NCBI GenBank assembly: GCA_963665845.2
Contig: OY762492.1
Location: 256,001 to 320,000 of the forward strand
DNA from: Candidatus Poribacteria bacterium
GTDB lineage: Bacteria; Poribacteria; WGA-4E; GCA-2687025
Direction of reading: 5' to 3'
Length of the DNA stretch: 64,000 bases
A model generated the notes under the pieces. That model was not told the DNA's origin, ran no database searches, and saw only the letters and a list, made by a program, of their open reading frames with translations. Shown one piece after another: positions 17,627-26,851 of the stretch. Positions within the stretch are counted from its first letter, which is position 1. Each line of letters opens with the position of its first letter. The position numbers and the translations under genes were made by a program.

Positions 17627-18604
17627 TCATTGGACCGGCGGCTTTGGGTTTGGCGGGCGGTTGGCGGGGAAGCGCGGCTCTTCTCCCCGCAGAACGCGCA
17701 GCGCGTCCTCCGTCACGAGCGACATGGCGCGCATCGATCTCTCCGTTTGCCCCGCCAGGTGCGGCGACAGCAGAACGTTCGGCAGGCTCAGGAGCCAGGA
17801 TACCAGCGGCAGCGGCTCCGTTTCAAACACATCCAGGCATGCGCCGGCGATCTCCCCCGTGTCGAGCGCGTAGACCAGGTCGTCTTCGTTATGCAAGACG
17901 CCGCGCGCCGCGTTGATAAAAAGCGCGGACGGCTTCATCATCTCAAACCGCCGGCGGTTGAACATGCCGGCGGTATGCGGCGTCGCGGGCGTATGAACCG
18001 TGACAATGTCGGAGCGGGCGAGCAGGTCGTTCAGCGATGTTTTTTCGGCGCCGAGACGCGCTTCCAGATCAGGGCGCGGGACGATGTCGCAGTACAGCGC
18101 CTTCATCGAGAAGCCCTGAACGGCAATCTCCATGACGCGCGCCCCGATTCGTCCCGCCCCGACAACGCCGATGGTCCTGCCGCTGATCTCAAAGCCGTAG
18201 TCGCGGTCGCGCATTGACCAGTCGCCGTCTCGGACTGCTTGATCCGCTTCGGGGATGCGCCGATGAAACGCGAGCGCCGCCCCGATGACAAACTCGGCGA
18301 CCGCCTGCGCATTCGCTTCGGGCGTGAAGGCGACCCAAATGCCGCGCTCCTCCGCCGCTTTCAGGTCCACATTGTCGATGCCGACGCCGTGCCGCCCGAT
18401 GACGCGCAGTTCGGGCGAGGCGTCCATCAGTTCGGCGTCAATGCGTCCAAAGGCGCGCAGAATGACCGCGTGCGCGTCCGCCATGCCGCGCCGCAGCGTT
18501 TCAGGCTTCGCGTCCGGCAGCGTCTCGATATGCGCATACGGCGCGGCGGCGTTCATGCCCGCTTCATGTATTTTAGAGACGACCGCGATTTTCCACTTCT
18601 TCAT
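17627..18604 (-). CDS. D-2-hydroxyacid dehydrogenase (phosphoglycerate dehydrogenase-like)
   Basis: RHGVGIDNVD, GAGRIG, INAARG, LDVFETEP, SPHLAG. Confidence 0.92.
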   Translation of the reverse strand: MKKWKIAVVSKIHEAGMNAAAPYAHIETLPDAKPETLRRGMADAHAVILRAFGRIDAELMDASPELRVIGRHGVGIDNVDLKAAEERGIWVAFTPEANAQAVAEFVIGAALAFHRRIPEADQAVRDGDWSMRDRDYGFEISGRTIGVVGAGRIGARVMEIAVQGFSMKALYCDIVPRPDLEARLGAEKTSLNDLLARSDIVTVHTPATPHTAGMFNRRRFEMMKPSALFINAARGVLHNEDDLVYALDTGEIAGACLDVFETEPLPLVSWLLSLPNVLLSPHLAGQTERSMRAMSLVTEDALRVLRGEEPRFPANRPPNPKPPVQ

Positions 18605-19944
18605 GGTTCTTTTGCGTCCTCTTCATCCGCTTCAGCGCTCTCTGCATTTAAACGGCGCCATTCTTGAAGCCGTTCGCGTATGGCGTTTTCGGCGCCGACC
18701 GCCTTCGGTTCATAAAAGACGGTTCCGCGCATTTCGGCGGGGAGATGCTGTTGAGGCAGGAACCCGTCCGGCGAATCATGCGCGTACCGGTATCCGTCCC
18801 CGTATCCGATTTCTCGGTGCAGATGCGTCGGCGCGTTGCGCAGATGCGTCGGCACAGGATAAGCGGGCAGACGGCGCGCGGCGGCTTTTGCGGCGTTCAG
18901 CGCGGCGTAGGATGCGTTCGACTTCGGCGCGGACGCAAGATAGGAAACCGCCTGCGCGAGACAGATCTGCGCTTCGGGCATGCCGACATATTCCACCGCA
19001 TGCGCCGCGGAGGTTGCGATCGTCAGCCCGACGGGGTCCGCGTTTCCGATGTCTTCGCTGGCGGAGATCACAAGCCGCCGGGCGATGAACTTCGGGTCTT
19101 CCCCCGCCTGAATCATCCGCGCAAGCCAGTACAGCGCCGCGTCCGGATCGCTCCCGCGTATCGATTTGATGAGCGCCGAGGCAAGCTCGTAATGGTTCTT
19201 GCCGACGGAGCGCCGTTTCAGCATGTCGTTCAGCTGTTGAAGGCGGACGACGCGCCTGCCGTTCTGCACGGGAGCCGACGACACCGCCGTTTCCAACATA
19301 TTGAGCGCGGCGCGGGCGTCCCCTTCAGACGCCATGCAAATCCGCTCTAAAACGGACGGCTCCACATCGGGCGACAAGGGGGCGAGTCCTGTCGGCGCGT
19401 CCAGCGCGCGCTGGAGAGCCAAGCGTATATGGCGCGGCTCCAGCGGTTGAAGCGGAACGACCGGGGCGCGCGACAGCAGCGGCGCGATGATCTCAAACGA
19501 GGGGCTTTCCGCCGTCGCGCCGACGAGCGTTACATCGCCCTGTTCAACATGCGGCAGAAGCGCGTCCTGCTGCGCCCTGTTGAACCGATGGATTTCGTCG
19601 ATGAAAAGGATCGTCCGCCTGTTATGAAATTTGAGCCGTTCTTGCGCGAGGGCGATTTTTTGACGCAGCTCGGCGGTTCCTTCGTTGGCGGCATGGAGCG
19701 TTTCAAAAGCGGCGCTGGAGCGGCGGGCGATGATCCTGGCAAGCGTCGTTTTGCCGCACCCCGGCGGACCCCATAGAATCATGGAGCGGACATTCCCTCG
19801 CTCAATGTCGCGGCGGAGCGGTTTGCCGGGCGCCAGCAGGCTCTCCTGCCCAATGAACCCGTCCAAATCGAGCGGGCGCATACGGGCGGCAAGCGGGACA
19901 TTGGCGCCGCTTTCGTTTTTAAGATCGAACAGGTCGAGGCTCAT
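18601..19944 (-). CDS. rarA: Replication-associated recombination protein A
   Basis: PLAARMRP, GPPGCGKTT, DEIHRFN..QQD, KSIRGSDPDA, SEDIGNAD. Confidence 0.95.
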   Translation of the reverse strand: MSLDLFDLKNESGANVPLAARMRPLDLDGFIGQESLLAPGKPLRRDIERGNVRSMILWGPPGCGKTTLARIIARRSSAAFETLHAANEGTAELRQKIALAQERLKFHNRRTILFIDEIHRFNRAQQDALLPHVEQGDVTLVGATAESPSFEIIAPLLSRAPVVPLQPLEPRHIRLALQRALDAPTGLAPLSPDVEPSVLERICMASEGDARAALNMLETAVSSAPVQNGRRVVRLQQLNDMLKRRSVGKNHYELASALIKSIRGSDPDAALYWLARMIQAGEDPKFIARRLVISASEDIGNADPVGLTIATSAAHAVEYVGMPEAQICLAQAVSYLASAPKSNASYAALNAAKAAARRLPAYPVPTHLRNAPTHLHREIGYGDGYRYAHDSPDGFLPQQHLPAEMRGTVFYEPKAVGAENAIRERLQEWRRLNAESAEADEEDAKEP

Positions 19945-21131
19945 GTCCGCGCGTACGCCTCCCGTCCGGCGACAAAGGTTCGTTCCACTTCCCATTCTTC
20001 CCTGTTAAAAAGAACGACATCCGCCAGTTTGCCCGGTTCCAGGCTGCCGATGCGTTTCTCTTCGCCCAACAGCGCCGCCGGCGTTGAAGAGGCCATGGCG
20101 ACCGCGTCCTCCAAGGAAACGCCGACCAGCTCTACGGCGACGCGGACCGCATCGATCATCCGTATGATGGAGCCGGCGTAACCGGAGCCGTCTGGAGCCA
20201 TGGCGATTCCGTCTTGAACCAAAAAACGAAACCCTTCCTCTTTTCGTCCGAACACATATTCGCCGTCCGGCATGCCGGCGGCGCGCGTCGCGTCTGTTAT
20301 GACCGCCAGCCCTTCGGCGCCCTTGCATTTGTATGCCAGCTGCATCAGTTCGGCGGGAATATGCAGCCCGTCGGCGATGATCTCCGCGGTCATCTCGTCC
20401 AGAACCAGCGCCGCCTCCACGACGCCCCCGTACCGCGCCGGCGGAATTTTAATGACGCTGGACATGGCGTTGTAAAGATGCGTCGCGTGGCGGAGACCCC
20501 ATTGAACAGCCTGTTTTACCTGCGCAAAGGTCGCCTCGGAATGCCCCGCGCTGACGACGATGCCGCGCTCCGAGAAGGCGCGAATCAGATGCTCGGCGCC
20601 GGGCAGCTCCGGCGCGAGGGTGATCCATCGCACCGCGTCGGCGCAGGTCAGCAGCCGCCGCGTTTCGTCGGGGGACGGGTTGCGGATATGCTGTTTCAGG
20701 TGGCATCCGCGCCTGTTTGGGTGAAAGTATCCGCCTTCAATGTGGACGCCGAGTATTCGCGCGCCGCCTGTCTGCTGCGCGGCTTCTTGAACCGCCTTGA
20801 TCATGCGCATCCAGTTGTCAAGCGAGTCGGTGCCGAGGGCGGCAACGAGCGATGTTGTTCCGCCTGACGCATGGAAGAGAGCGGCTTCGACGGCCGCTTT
20901 CGGGTCGGCGTCCATGAAATCGGCGCCGCCTCCGCCATGGACGTGGACATCAACAAAACCGGGAGAAACGATGAGTCCCTCCGCGTCCACCGCCTCCCAT
21001 GGCCCGTTGTCGGGCGGCTTGTTTCCGATATGCGCGATGCGTTCGCCCTCTATCCAGAGCGTTCCGTTTTGGACGGTTTTACTGGGGGCGATGACGGTTC
21101 CGTCATGTATTTTGAAGCGCCGTTGGGGCAT
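19941..21131 (-). CDS. nagA: N-acetylglucosamine-6-phosphate deacetylase
   Basis: PGFVDVHVHG, HIEG, TLAPE, GHS.AT, THLYNAM, IADG.H. Confidence 0.92.
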   Translation of the reverse strand: MPQRRFKIHDGTVIAPSKTVQNGTLWIEGERIAHIGNKPPDNGPWEAVDAEGLIVSPGFVDVHVHGGGGADFMDADPKAAVEAALFHASGGTTSLVAALGTDSLDNWMRMIKAVQEAAQQTGGARILGVHIEGGYFHPNRRGCHLKQHIRNPSPDETRRLLTCADAVRWITLAPELPGAEHLIRAFSERGIVVSAGHSEATFAQVKQAVQWGLRHATHLYNAMSSVIKIPPARYGGVVEAALVLDEMTAEIIADGLHIPAELMQLAYKCKGAEGLAVITDATRAAGMPDGEYVFGRKEEGFRFLVQDGIAMAPDGSGYAGSIIRMIDAVRVAVELVGVSLEDAVAMASSTPAALLGEEKRIGSLEPGKLADVVLFNREEWEVERTFVAGREAYART

Positions 21132-21336
21132 ACTCGCTCCGTCTCGGATGCTGGGGTTGATGTTCATAGTTTAGCGCATTCGGCGCATCTTTGCATCGTT
21201 ACGCCTCTTAATGGGACATTTGAGCGAACGGTCAAAGGCTTTGCCGCCATGCCGTCTTGTCGGCGCGGTGTAACTTGACGCGCATATGCGTTCGTTGACA
21301 TGCTTACGTTGCTACACTGCGGGGCGGGGGCATGTC

Positions 21337-22899
21337 ATGACGCATTTCGCATCGGCGCCGATGGAAGTGAAACTGATCGATGCGATTTGCCAACCCTACG
21401 AAACGGCAGTTGGAGCGGCGCGAACTTGTTACTCCTCTAAGGGCGTGGTGTACCCTGACGAGGTGTCTAAAACAAAAAAAGCGCGCGCCGTACGCGACCG
21501 CATCGCCTCCAGCACGCTGCTTGCCGGTCATCTGACGACGCGGCAGCATGCGACCTTCGTCTTCGCAGTGAGCAACCTCTCCCGCGCGGCGGTCTGGTCC
21601 TTTCTGCATAGCCATCCGTTTTACAATTCGGAGCAGGTGAGCCAACGGTATGTGGAGGTGAAGACGGGGCATTTTGCCGTTCCGAAGATGATGCCCGCCG
21701 CGCTGGAGATCTACAACGCGGCAATTCAGCGGCAGCAGGAGGCGTATCTTCAGCTGATTGACGCGCTCGCGCCGGCGATTGAGCGGGAGTTTTACGCCGT
21801 TTTCCCCGCGCGAAAAAAACGCCCTGAACGCTGGCAGCGGACGCTCCGCCGTAAAGCGTATGAAACGGCGCGGTATGTTCTCCCTGTCGCCGCGCACACC
21901 TACCTGTACCATACGATCAGCGCGCTGACTCTCATTCGTTATGCGCGGCTGTGCGAGCATTTTGACGCGCCGACCGAGCAGCGCGAGCTGGTTCGCAAAA
22001 TGGTTGAGGCGGTAACGGAGATCGACCCGCTTTTTGAGCGGGAGCTGGACGACCCGATACCGCTGGAATCGACTCCTGAACACGCTTTTTTGTCGGAACG
22101 GTCGGCGGCGCCGGGCGATCCAGCGCAGTTCACGCGCGGCTTTGACAAGCGGCTCAACGGGCGCGCCTCCGTTCTGTTGAGCTGCGCGCCGAACGGGGAA
22201 GCGGTCGTCGCGGAGGCGGCGCGCGGCGTTCTCGGCGCTACAGCTGAACAGCTGCCGGACAAGGAAGCGCTGCGTCTGCTGCTAGACCCGTCGCGCAACC
22301 GGTATTTTGAAGAGACGATGAACGTTCATACGCTCTCTAAGCTGTCGCGCGCCATGAATCACACCCATTACACGTTTGCGAAGAAGTTGAGCCATACGGC
22401 AGATTCGCAGAACCAGCGGCACCGCATGACGCCCGGCTCCCGACCCGTTTTGAGCGCGCATTATACGGGCAAGCCGGACGCCGTATCGCCCAAGCTGTTT
22501 TCCAAATGCCCGCCGGCGCAGGAGATATACGACCGGGCAAACGCGGACGCCTATGAGAGCGTCAACCGGCTCTTGGAGGCGGGCGTATCGGACGAGTTCG
22601 CGTTTTACCTGCTGCCGAACGGACATGCGATACGGCTCATCGAGTCGGGATCGCTCATGGATTTCACGCATAAGTGGCGGACGCGGCTCTGTTATACGGC
22701 GCAGGAGGAAATCTTTCACGCTTCGGTGGATGAGGTTCTTCAGGTTCAGGAGGCGCACCCGACCATCGGACAGCATCTGCATGCGCCGTGCTGGTACCGT
22801 CAGCGTTCAGACTGCGCGCCGTTCTGTCCGGAAGGGGATCGGTTCTGCGGCATACCTGTCTGGAAGCTGTCCGTTGAGCAGTTTCATCGGTCGCTTTAA
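21337..22899 (+). CDS. thyX: FAD-dependent thymidylate synthase, tandem-domain type
   Basis: AARTCY, SEQVSQRY, ARYVLP, QRHR, RLC..AQEEI; about twice the length of single-domain ThyX. Confidence 0.8.
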   Translation: MTHFASAPMEVKLIDAICQPYETAVGAARTCYSSKGVVYPDEVSKTKKARAVRDRIASSTLLAGHLTTRQHATFVFAVSNLSRAAVWSFLHSHPFYNSEQVSQRYVEVKTGHFAVPKMMPAALEIYNAAIQRQQEAYLQLIDALAPAIEREFYAVFPARKKRPERWQRTLRRKAYETARYVLPVAAHTYLYHTISALTLIRYARLCEHFDAPTEQRELVRKMVEAVTEIDPLFERELDDPIPLESTPEHAFLSERSAAPGDPAQFTRGFDKRLNGRASVLLSCAPNGEAVVAEAARGVLGATAEQLPDKEALRLLLDPSRNRYFEETMNVHTLSKLSRAMNHTHYTFAKKLSHTADSQNQRHRMTPGSRPVLSAHYTGKPDAVSPKLFSKCPPAQEIYDRANADAYESVNRLLEAGVSDEFAFYLLPNGHAIRLIESGSLMDFTHKWRTRLCYTAQEEIFHASVDEVLQVQEAHPTIGQHLHAPCWYRQRSDCAPFCPEGDRFCGIPVWKLSVEQFHRSL

Positions 22900-22914
22900 T
22901 TTAAGGGCGGGGGT

Positions 22915-24009
22915 TTATTCTGGAGGCGCCTCCGCTTCTTTTATCTTGCCCCATTCCGCTTTTTTTTTACCGGCAGGGTTGACGGAGAGGAAGCGGCTCT
23001 TGCCCGCATGAACCCAACTTGCGACGGCGCTCGGCGTTCTAATGCGAACAATCTCCCGCGTGTCTATGTGGATGCGGTAAAGGCTCCTGGGCGAACCCGG
23101 CGCTTCTTCGTCTTCCATTGTATAAAGAACCCACTTGCTGTCCGCCGACCAGTCCATAGGCATTGCCCACGCCCCGTCTTTGGAAAAGGTGAGACGCTCT
23201 AGGTTGGAGCCGTCCGGATTGATCATAAAAAGGTGAACGCCGACGCCCCCTTCTTCTTGCAGCTCACGGCCGGAGCCCTGGAACGCGATCTTTTTGCCGT
23301 CCGGCGACCATTCAGGGAACTTATAGGACGCGCCGCTGTTCGTTAGATTGACGACGTTGCGCCCGTCCGAACTCCTCATCGTGTAGAGATGGGTGGGGAA
23401 ATGATCAATGCCCAGCGCCGCTCTCTCCTCTTCGGTGGGCGGCTTACTGTTGAAAGCGATCGTCTTGCCGTCTGGAGAAACGGTCGCCCAGTACTCGTCC
23501 CTGAACGGCGTTTGGGTGAGCTTGATCAGTCTCTTGCGATCGAGATCCAACACGTAAATATCATCCCCCACGACCGGCGCTCTTTTGACGTTTCCGCGGC
23601 ATACGAGCCGCCTTCCGTCCGGAAACCACCATCCAGCAGAGATGTAGATGTGTTCGTAGCCGTTGTTGTCGAGTCGCTCTCTCATATTGACGACCCGCCC
23701 CGTTTCCAGCTCCAGAAGGAAAGGCGTATAGTCGTTATTCTCGAAGGCGCTTATCCAGACGTATTTGCCGTCTCGGCTAAATCTGGCGGGCCCGTTGAAG
23801 TTGCCTGTCATCCAGAGCCGTTCGTTCTGTCCGTCCCAGTCCATGAGTGTCAGCCCGTCATCTCGATCTAGACAGATTGTCGGTTTTTCCAGTTTCGTCA
23901 CATCTTCCAGCGGCGTATAATCTTCCGCAGACGCGGACGCGCACAGCAGAAGCGAGAGAACAGCGGCCGCGAATGCAGCCAAGGGTTTTGTGAAGGCGGA
24001 GAAGGTCAT
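22915..24009 (-). CDS. Secreted TolB-like (PD40 repeat) beta-propeller protein, paralogue 1
   Basis: Signal peptide; repeated (W/V)SPDGK.IAF; C-term SVNPAGKKKAEWGKIK. Confidence 0.88.
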   Translation of the reverse strand: MTFSAFTKPLAAFAAAVLSLLLCASASAEDYTPLEDVTKLEKPTICLDRDDGLTLMDWDGQNERLWMTGNFNGPARFSRDGKYVWISAFENNDYTPFLLELETGRVVNMRERLDNNGYEHIYISAGWWFPDGRRLVCRGNVKRAPVVGDDIYVLDLDRKRLIKLTQTPFRDEYWATVSPDGKTIAFNSKPPTEEERAALGIDHFPTHLYTMRSSDGRNVVNLTNSGASYKFPEWSPDGKKIAFQGSGRELQEEGGVGVHLFMINPDGSNLERLTFSKDGAWAMPMDWSADSKWVLYTMEDEEAPGSPRSLYRIHIDTREIVRIRTPSAVASWVHAGKSRFLSVNPAGKKKAEWGKIKEAEAPPE

Positions 24010-25184
24010 GTCATGCTCCTTTCAAGATGAAGGGGCGCGTCCATCGCGGCGCGGTATGCCTCGGCGGTGTCGGCGGCGATTTTTTCCCATGCGTAGTTTT
24101 CTTGGACGCGCCGCTGTCCGTTCTTGCGCAGGCGGGCGGCGAGCCGCGGATCGCGCTGGAGCCGTTGAAACGCATCGGCGAGAGCGGCAGCGTCCCCCTC
24201 CGGAACAATCAAGCCCGCGTTGTCGACGACGCGCGCGATTTCGCCCGAATCGGAGCCGACGACCGGCGCGCCGCATGCCATCGCCTCAATGAGCGCGCGT
24301 CCAAAAAACTCCACCCAGCGCCGCGTTGTGCGCGACGGAAGCGCGAGCGCGTCCATCGCGTTCATCGCCTCGGCGACGCCCCGCGGTTTCAAGGAGCCTG
24401 TGAACCGAACCCGCGCCGCCAGATTCAGCCGCGCTGTCAGCGCCTTCATTTCCGCCTCTTCCCGTCCAGCGCCGACAATCAGCCCGTAGGCGTTCGGCGT
24501 CTGCGCCAGCGCATGCAGGAGCAGATCCACCCCCTTTTCAGGAATCAGCTGACCCGCATAACCGACGATGAAAGCGTCGGGAGGCGCGCCGAAGGAGCGG
24601 CGCAGACGTTCCCGTTCAGGCGCCGGCAGCGGACGAAAAATGCGCGTGTCGACGCCGTTCGGAAAGACGCGCGCCGCCCCCTGAAACCCGTTCTCGCGCA
24701 GAAAGCGCGCCGCCGTTTCGCTCAACGCAAACGCGGCGGAGGCGCGCCGATAGACCGCCCGCTCAACCGCTCGAAGCAGCGGCGCCGCGATCGGCTTGAG
24801 CCGTATGCGCATCCCAACCGAGGTGCGAAAGATGAGACGCGCGTTCGGGGCGCGCCGCCGAAGCGTCCACAACGTCTGCCCCGCGCATAAACTGAACGGC
24901 TCCTCCTCCAGATGCACAAGATGCGGCTGGAACGAATCGAACTGCCGCGCAAAGCCGCGCCGATACATATACCGCGCGTAATAATCTTGCCAGACGACCG
25001 GCAGCGCGGCCGCCCAGTCGCAGCCGTTTTGCGTCTCAAACCGCTCCAAGCGCGTTCCTTCGCGCCACGCTTCCGGTACAATCAGCCGAAGCTGAACGCC
25101 CGGCTCCCGCGCAATCAGCTCAAACTTGCGCCGATACGCCGCCGCGACCGCCGGATGCGAAATGGCGAGAACGCGCAGGGACAT
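24006..25184 (-). CDS. Glycosyltransferase family 4
   Basis: PNGVD, EKGVDLL, EFFGRALIEAMACG. Confidence 0.92.
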   Translation of the reverse strand: MSLRVLAISHPAVAAAYRRKFELIAREPGVQLRLIVPEAWREGTRLERFETQNGCDWAAALPVVWQDYYARYMYRRGFARQFDSFQPHLVHLEEEPFSLCAGQTLWTLRRRAPNARLIFRTSVGMRIRLKPIAAPLLRAVERAVYRRASAAFALSETAARFLRENGFQGAARVFPNGVDTRIFRPLPAPERERLRRSFGAPPDAFIVGYAGQLIPEKGVDLLLHALAQTPNAYGLIVGAGREEAEMKALTARLNLAARVRFTGSLKPRGVAEAMNAMDALALPSRTTRRWVEFFGRALIEAMACGAPVVGSDSGEIARVVDNAGLIVPEGDAAALADAFQRLQRDPRLAARLRKNGQRRVQENYAWEKIAADTAEAYRAAMDAPLHLERSMT

Positions 25185-25187
25185 CGG

Positions 25188-26525
25188 CTACTGGAGCGCC
25201 GGCAGGTCTTTGATCGGATCGTCGATCTGCTGCATCCAGCCATGCAGTTCGTGATTCAGCGAACGGCGAATCGTCGCGTATTGCGGTTCGTCCGCCAGGT
25301 TTTGCGTCTCCCATGGGTCCTCTTTGATGTTGAACAGCTGCGTTTGCCCCGCCTCCGGATACCGTATCAGTTTCCAGTCGCCCGCTCTCACCATGCGCTG
25401 TATGTGTCTGTAGGCGGAGTACACAGAGTTTCGGACGGAGCTTTTTTCGCCGGCAATCAACGGCGCCAGGCTGGAGCTTTCCACCGTGTTGGGAGTCGCC
25501 ATGTCGGTCAGGTCGCACAGCGTCGGAAACAGGTCGTAGGAGTACGCCAGCGAGTCGATGCGCTGCCCCGCCGGGACGCCCGGACCGCGCAGGATACACG
25601 GAACGCAGACGCTGTGATCGTACAGGTTCTGCTTGCCGAGGAGGCCGTGCTGCCCGACGCCCAGTCCATGGTCGGCGGTGTACACAACGATCGTGTTCTC
25701 CGCCTGCCCCGACCGCTCCAGCGCCTCCAACACGCGCGCCATATGGGCGTCCTGATGTGTGATCATCGCGTAGTAGTCGCTGATGTGCCGCTGGACGATT
25801 TCAGGCGTTCTTGGGAACGGCGCCAGGTTTTCATCCCGGATGCGCATCTCGCCGTTGTCGAACGAATGCATCGGCATGAAGTTGGGCGGGACGGGAATCT
25901 CCTCAGGCGGATACATCGCGTCATACGGCGCCGGCGCCATGCGCGGATCATGCGGCGATGTGAACGACAGATAAAGAAAGAACGGGTTGGAGCCGTCATG
26001 GTTTTCTAAGAAATCGATGGCGGCGTCTGAAAACAGCTCGGTTGAGAAGCCGTCGCCGATGGCGCGCCTGTTGTTGGCGTATTCGCCTGTCGGGTCGTAC
26101 TGCTGAATGGGAACTTTCAGATGGTCGCTCATTCCGCCGAAGAAGATGTTGGCGCCATGCGAAAAGCCTTTGTGAAAGCTGGTTTTGTCGTTGTGCCATT
26201 TGCCGGTGGCGAAGGTGTCGTAGCCGGCGTCTCGAAAGGTACCCGCAAGGGTCGCCAGTTCGGGGCGCAGCGTTCCGAGTCCGCCGGTGCCGGGTTCGCG
26301 CGTCATGGAGGTTCCGAAAATGTTGACGCCTGTATGAACGCATGCGCGGCTCGGCACGCAGACGGCGCCGCTCATTCCGCCCATGATGTAGGCGTTACTA
26401 AAGACGGTTCCGTCCTCGGCCAGTTTGTCCATGGTCGGCGTTTGGACTGTCTGGTCGCCCATCGCTCCGATGGCGTCTCGTCGGTGGTCGTCGGCGATCA
26501 TGAAAAGGATATTGGGTCGGCTCAT
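25188..26525 (-). CDS. Sulfatase (formylglycine-dependent)
   Basis: PNILFMIADD, CVPSRA, GKWH, PHDP, ADHG, GKQNLY. Confidence 0.95.
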   Translation of the reverse strand: MSRPNILFMIADDHRRDAIGAMGDQTVQTPTMDKLAEDGTVFSNAYIMGGMSGAVCVPSRACVHTGVNIFGTSMTREPGTGGLGTLRPELATLAGTFRDAGYDTFATGKWHNDKTSFHKGFSHGANIFFGGMSDHLKVPIQQYDPTGEYANNRRAIGDGFSTELFSDAAIDFLENHDGSNPFFLYLSFTSPHDPRMAPAPYDAMYPPEEIPVPPNFMPMHSFDNGEMRIRDENLAPFPRTPEIVQRHISDYYAMITHQDAHMARVLEALERSGQAENTIVVYTADHGLGVGQHGLLGKQNLYDHSVCVPCILRGPGVPAGQRIDSLAYSYDLFPTLCDLTDMATPNTVESSSLAPLIAGEKSSVRNSVYSAYRHIQRMVRAGDWKLIRYPEAGQTQLFNIKEDPWETQNLADEPQYATIRRSLNHELHGWMQQIDDPIKDLPALQ

Positions 26526-26602
26526 CGTTCTCCCGCCGCAGTGTTGTTTGACGTTGAGCGTAGCGCTTCGGCGGCTCCATGTCAAGCGTCCCGCCTCCCG
26601 TC

Positions 26603-26843
26603 GTCATTCCCGCGCAAGCGGGAATCTTAGGCGCCGCAGTGGTCGTCTGAACTAGGATTGCCAAGAGAATTCCCGAAAACGCTATCCTGAAAATCTTACG
26701 AATCCTTCAATCCTGGTTCAAAACCAAGCGCAACCCGCGCGCGCAAACCCCCCCTAACCCCCCTTTTCAAGGGGGGAATCGGACGCGGCTCCCCTCCGCG
26801 TCATTCCCGCCCCTGCGGTAAAACGGGCGGGAATCCAGAGTCC
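26603..26843. repeat. Intergenic repeat cluster (modules A, D, C, long A)
   Basis: A at 26603 and 26800; 26683-26780 is a reverse-complement homologue of about 51796-51890. Confidence 0.8.
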
Positions 26844-26851
26844 AGCTCGAA

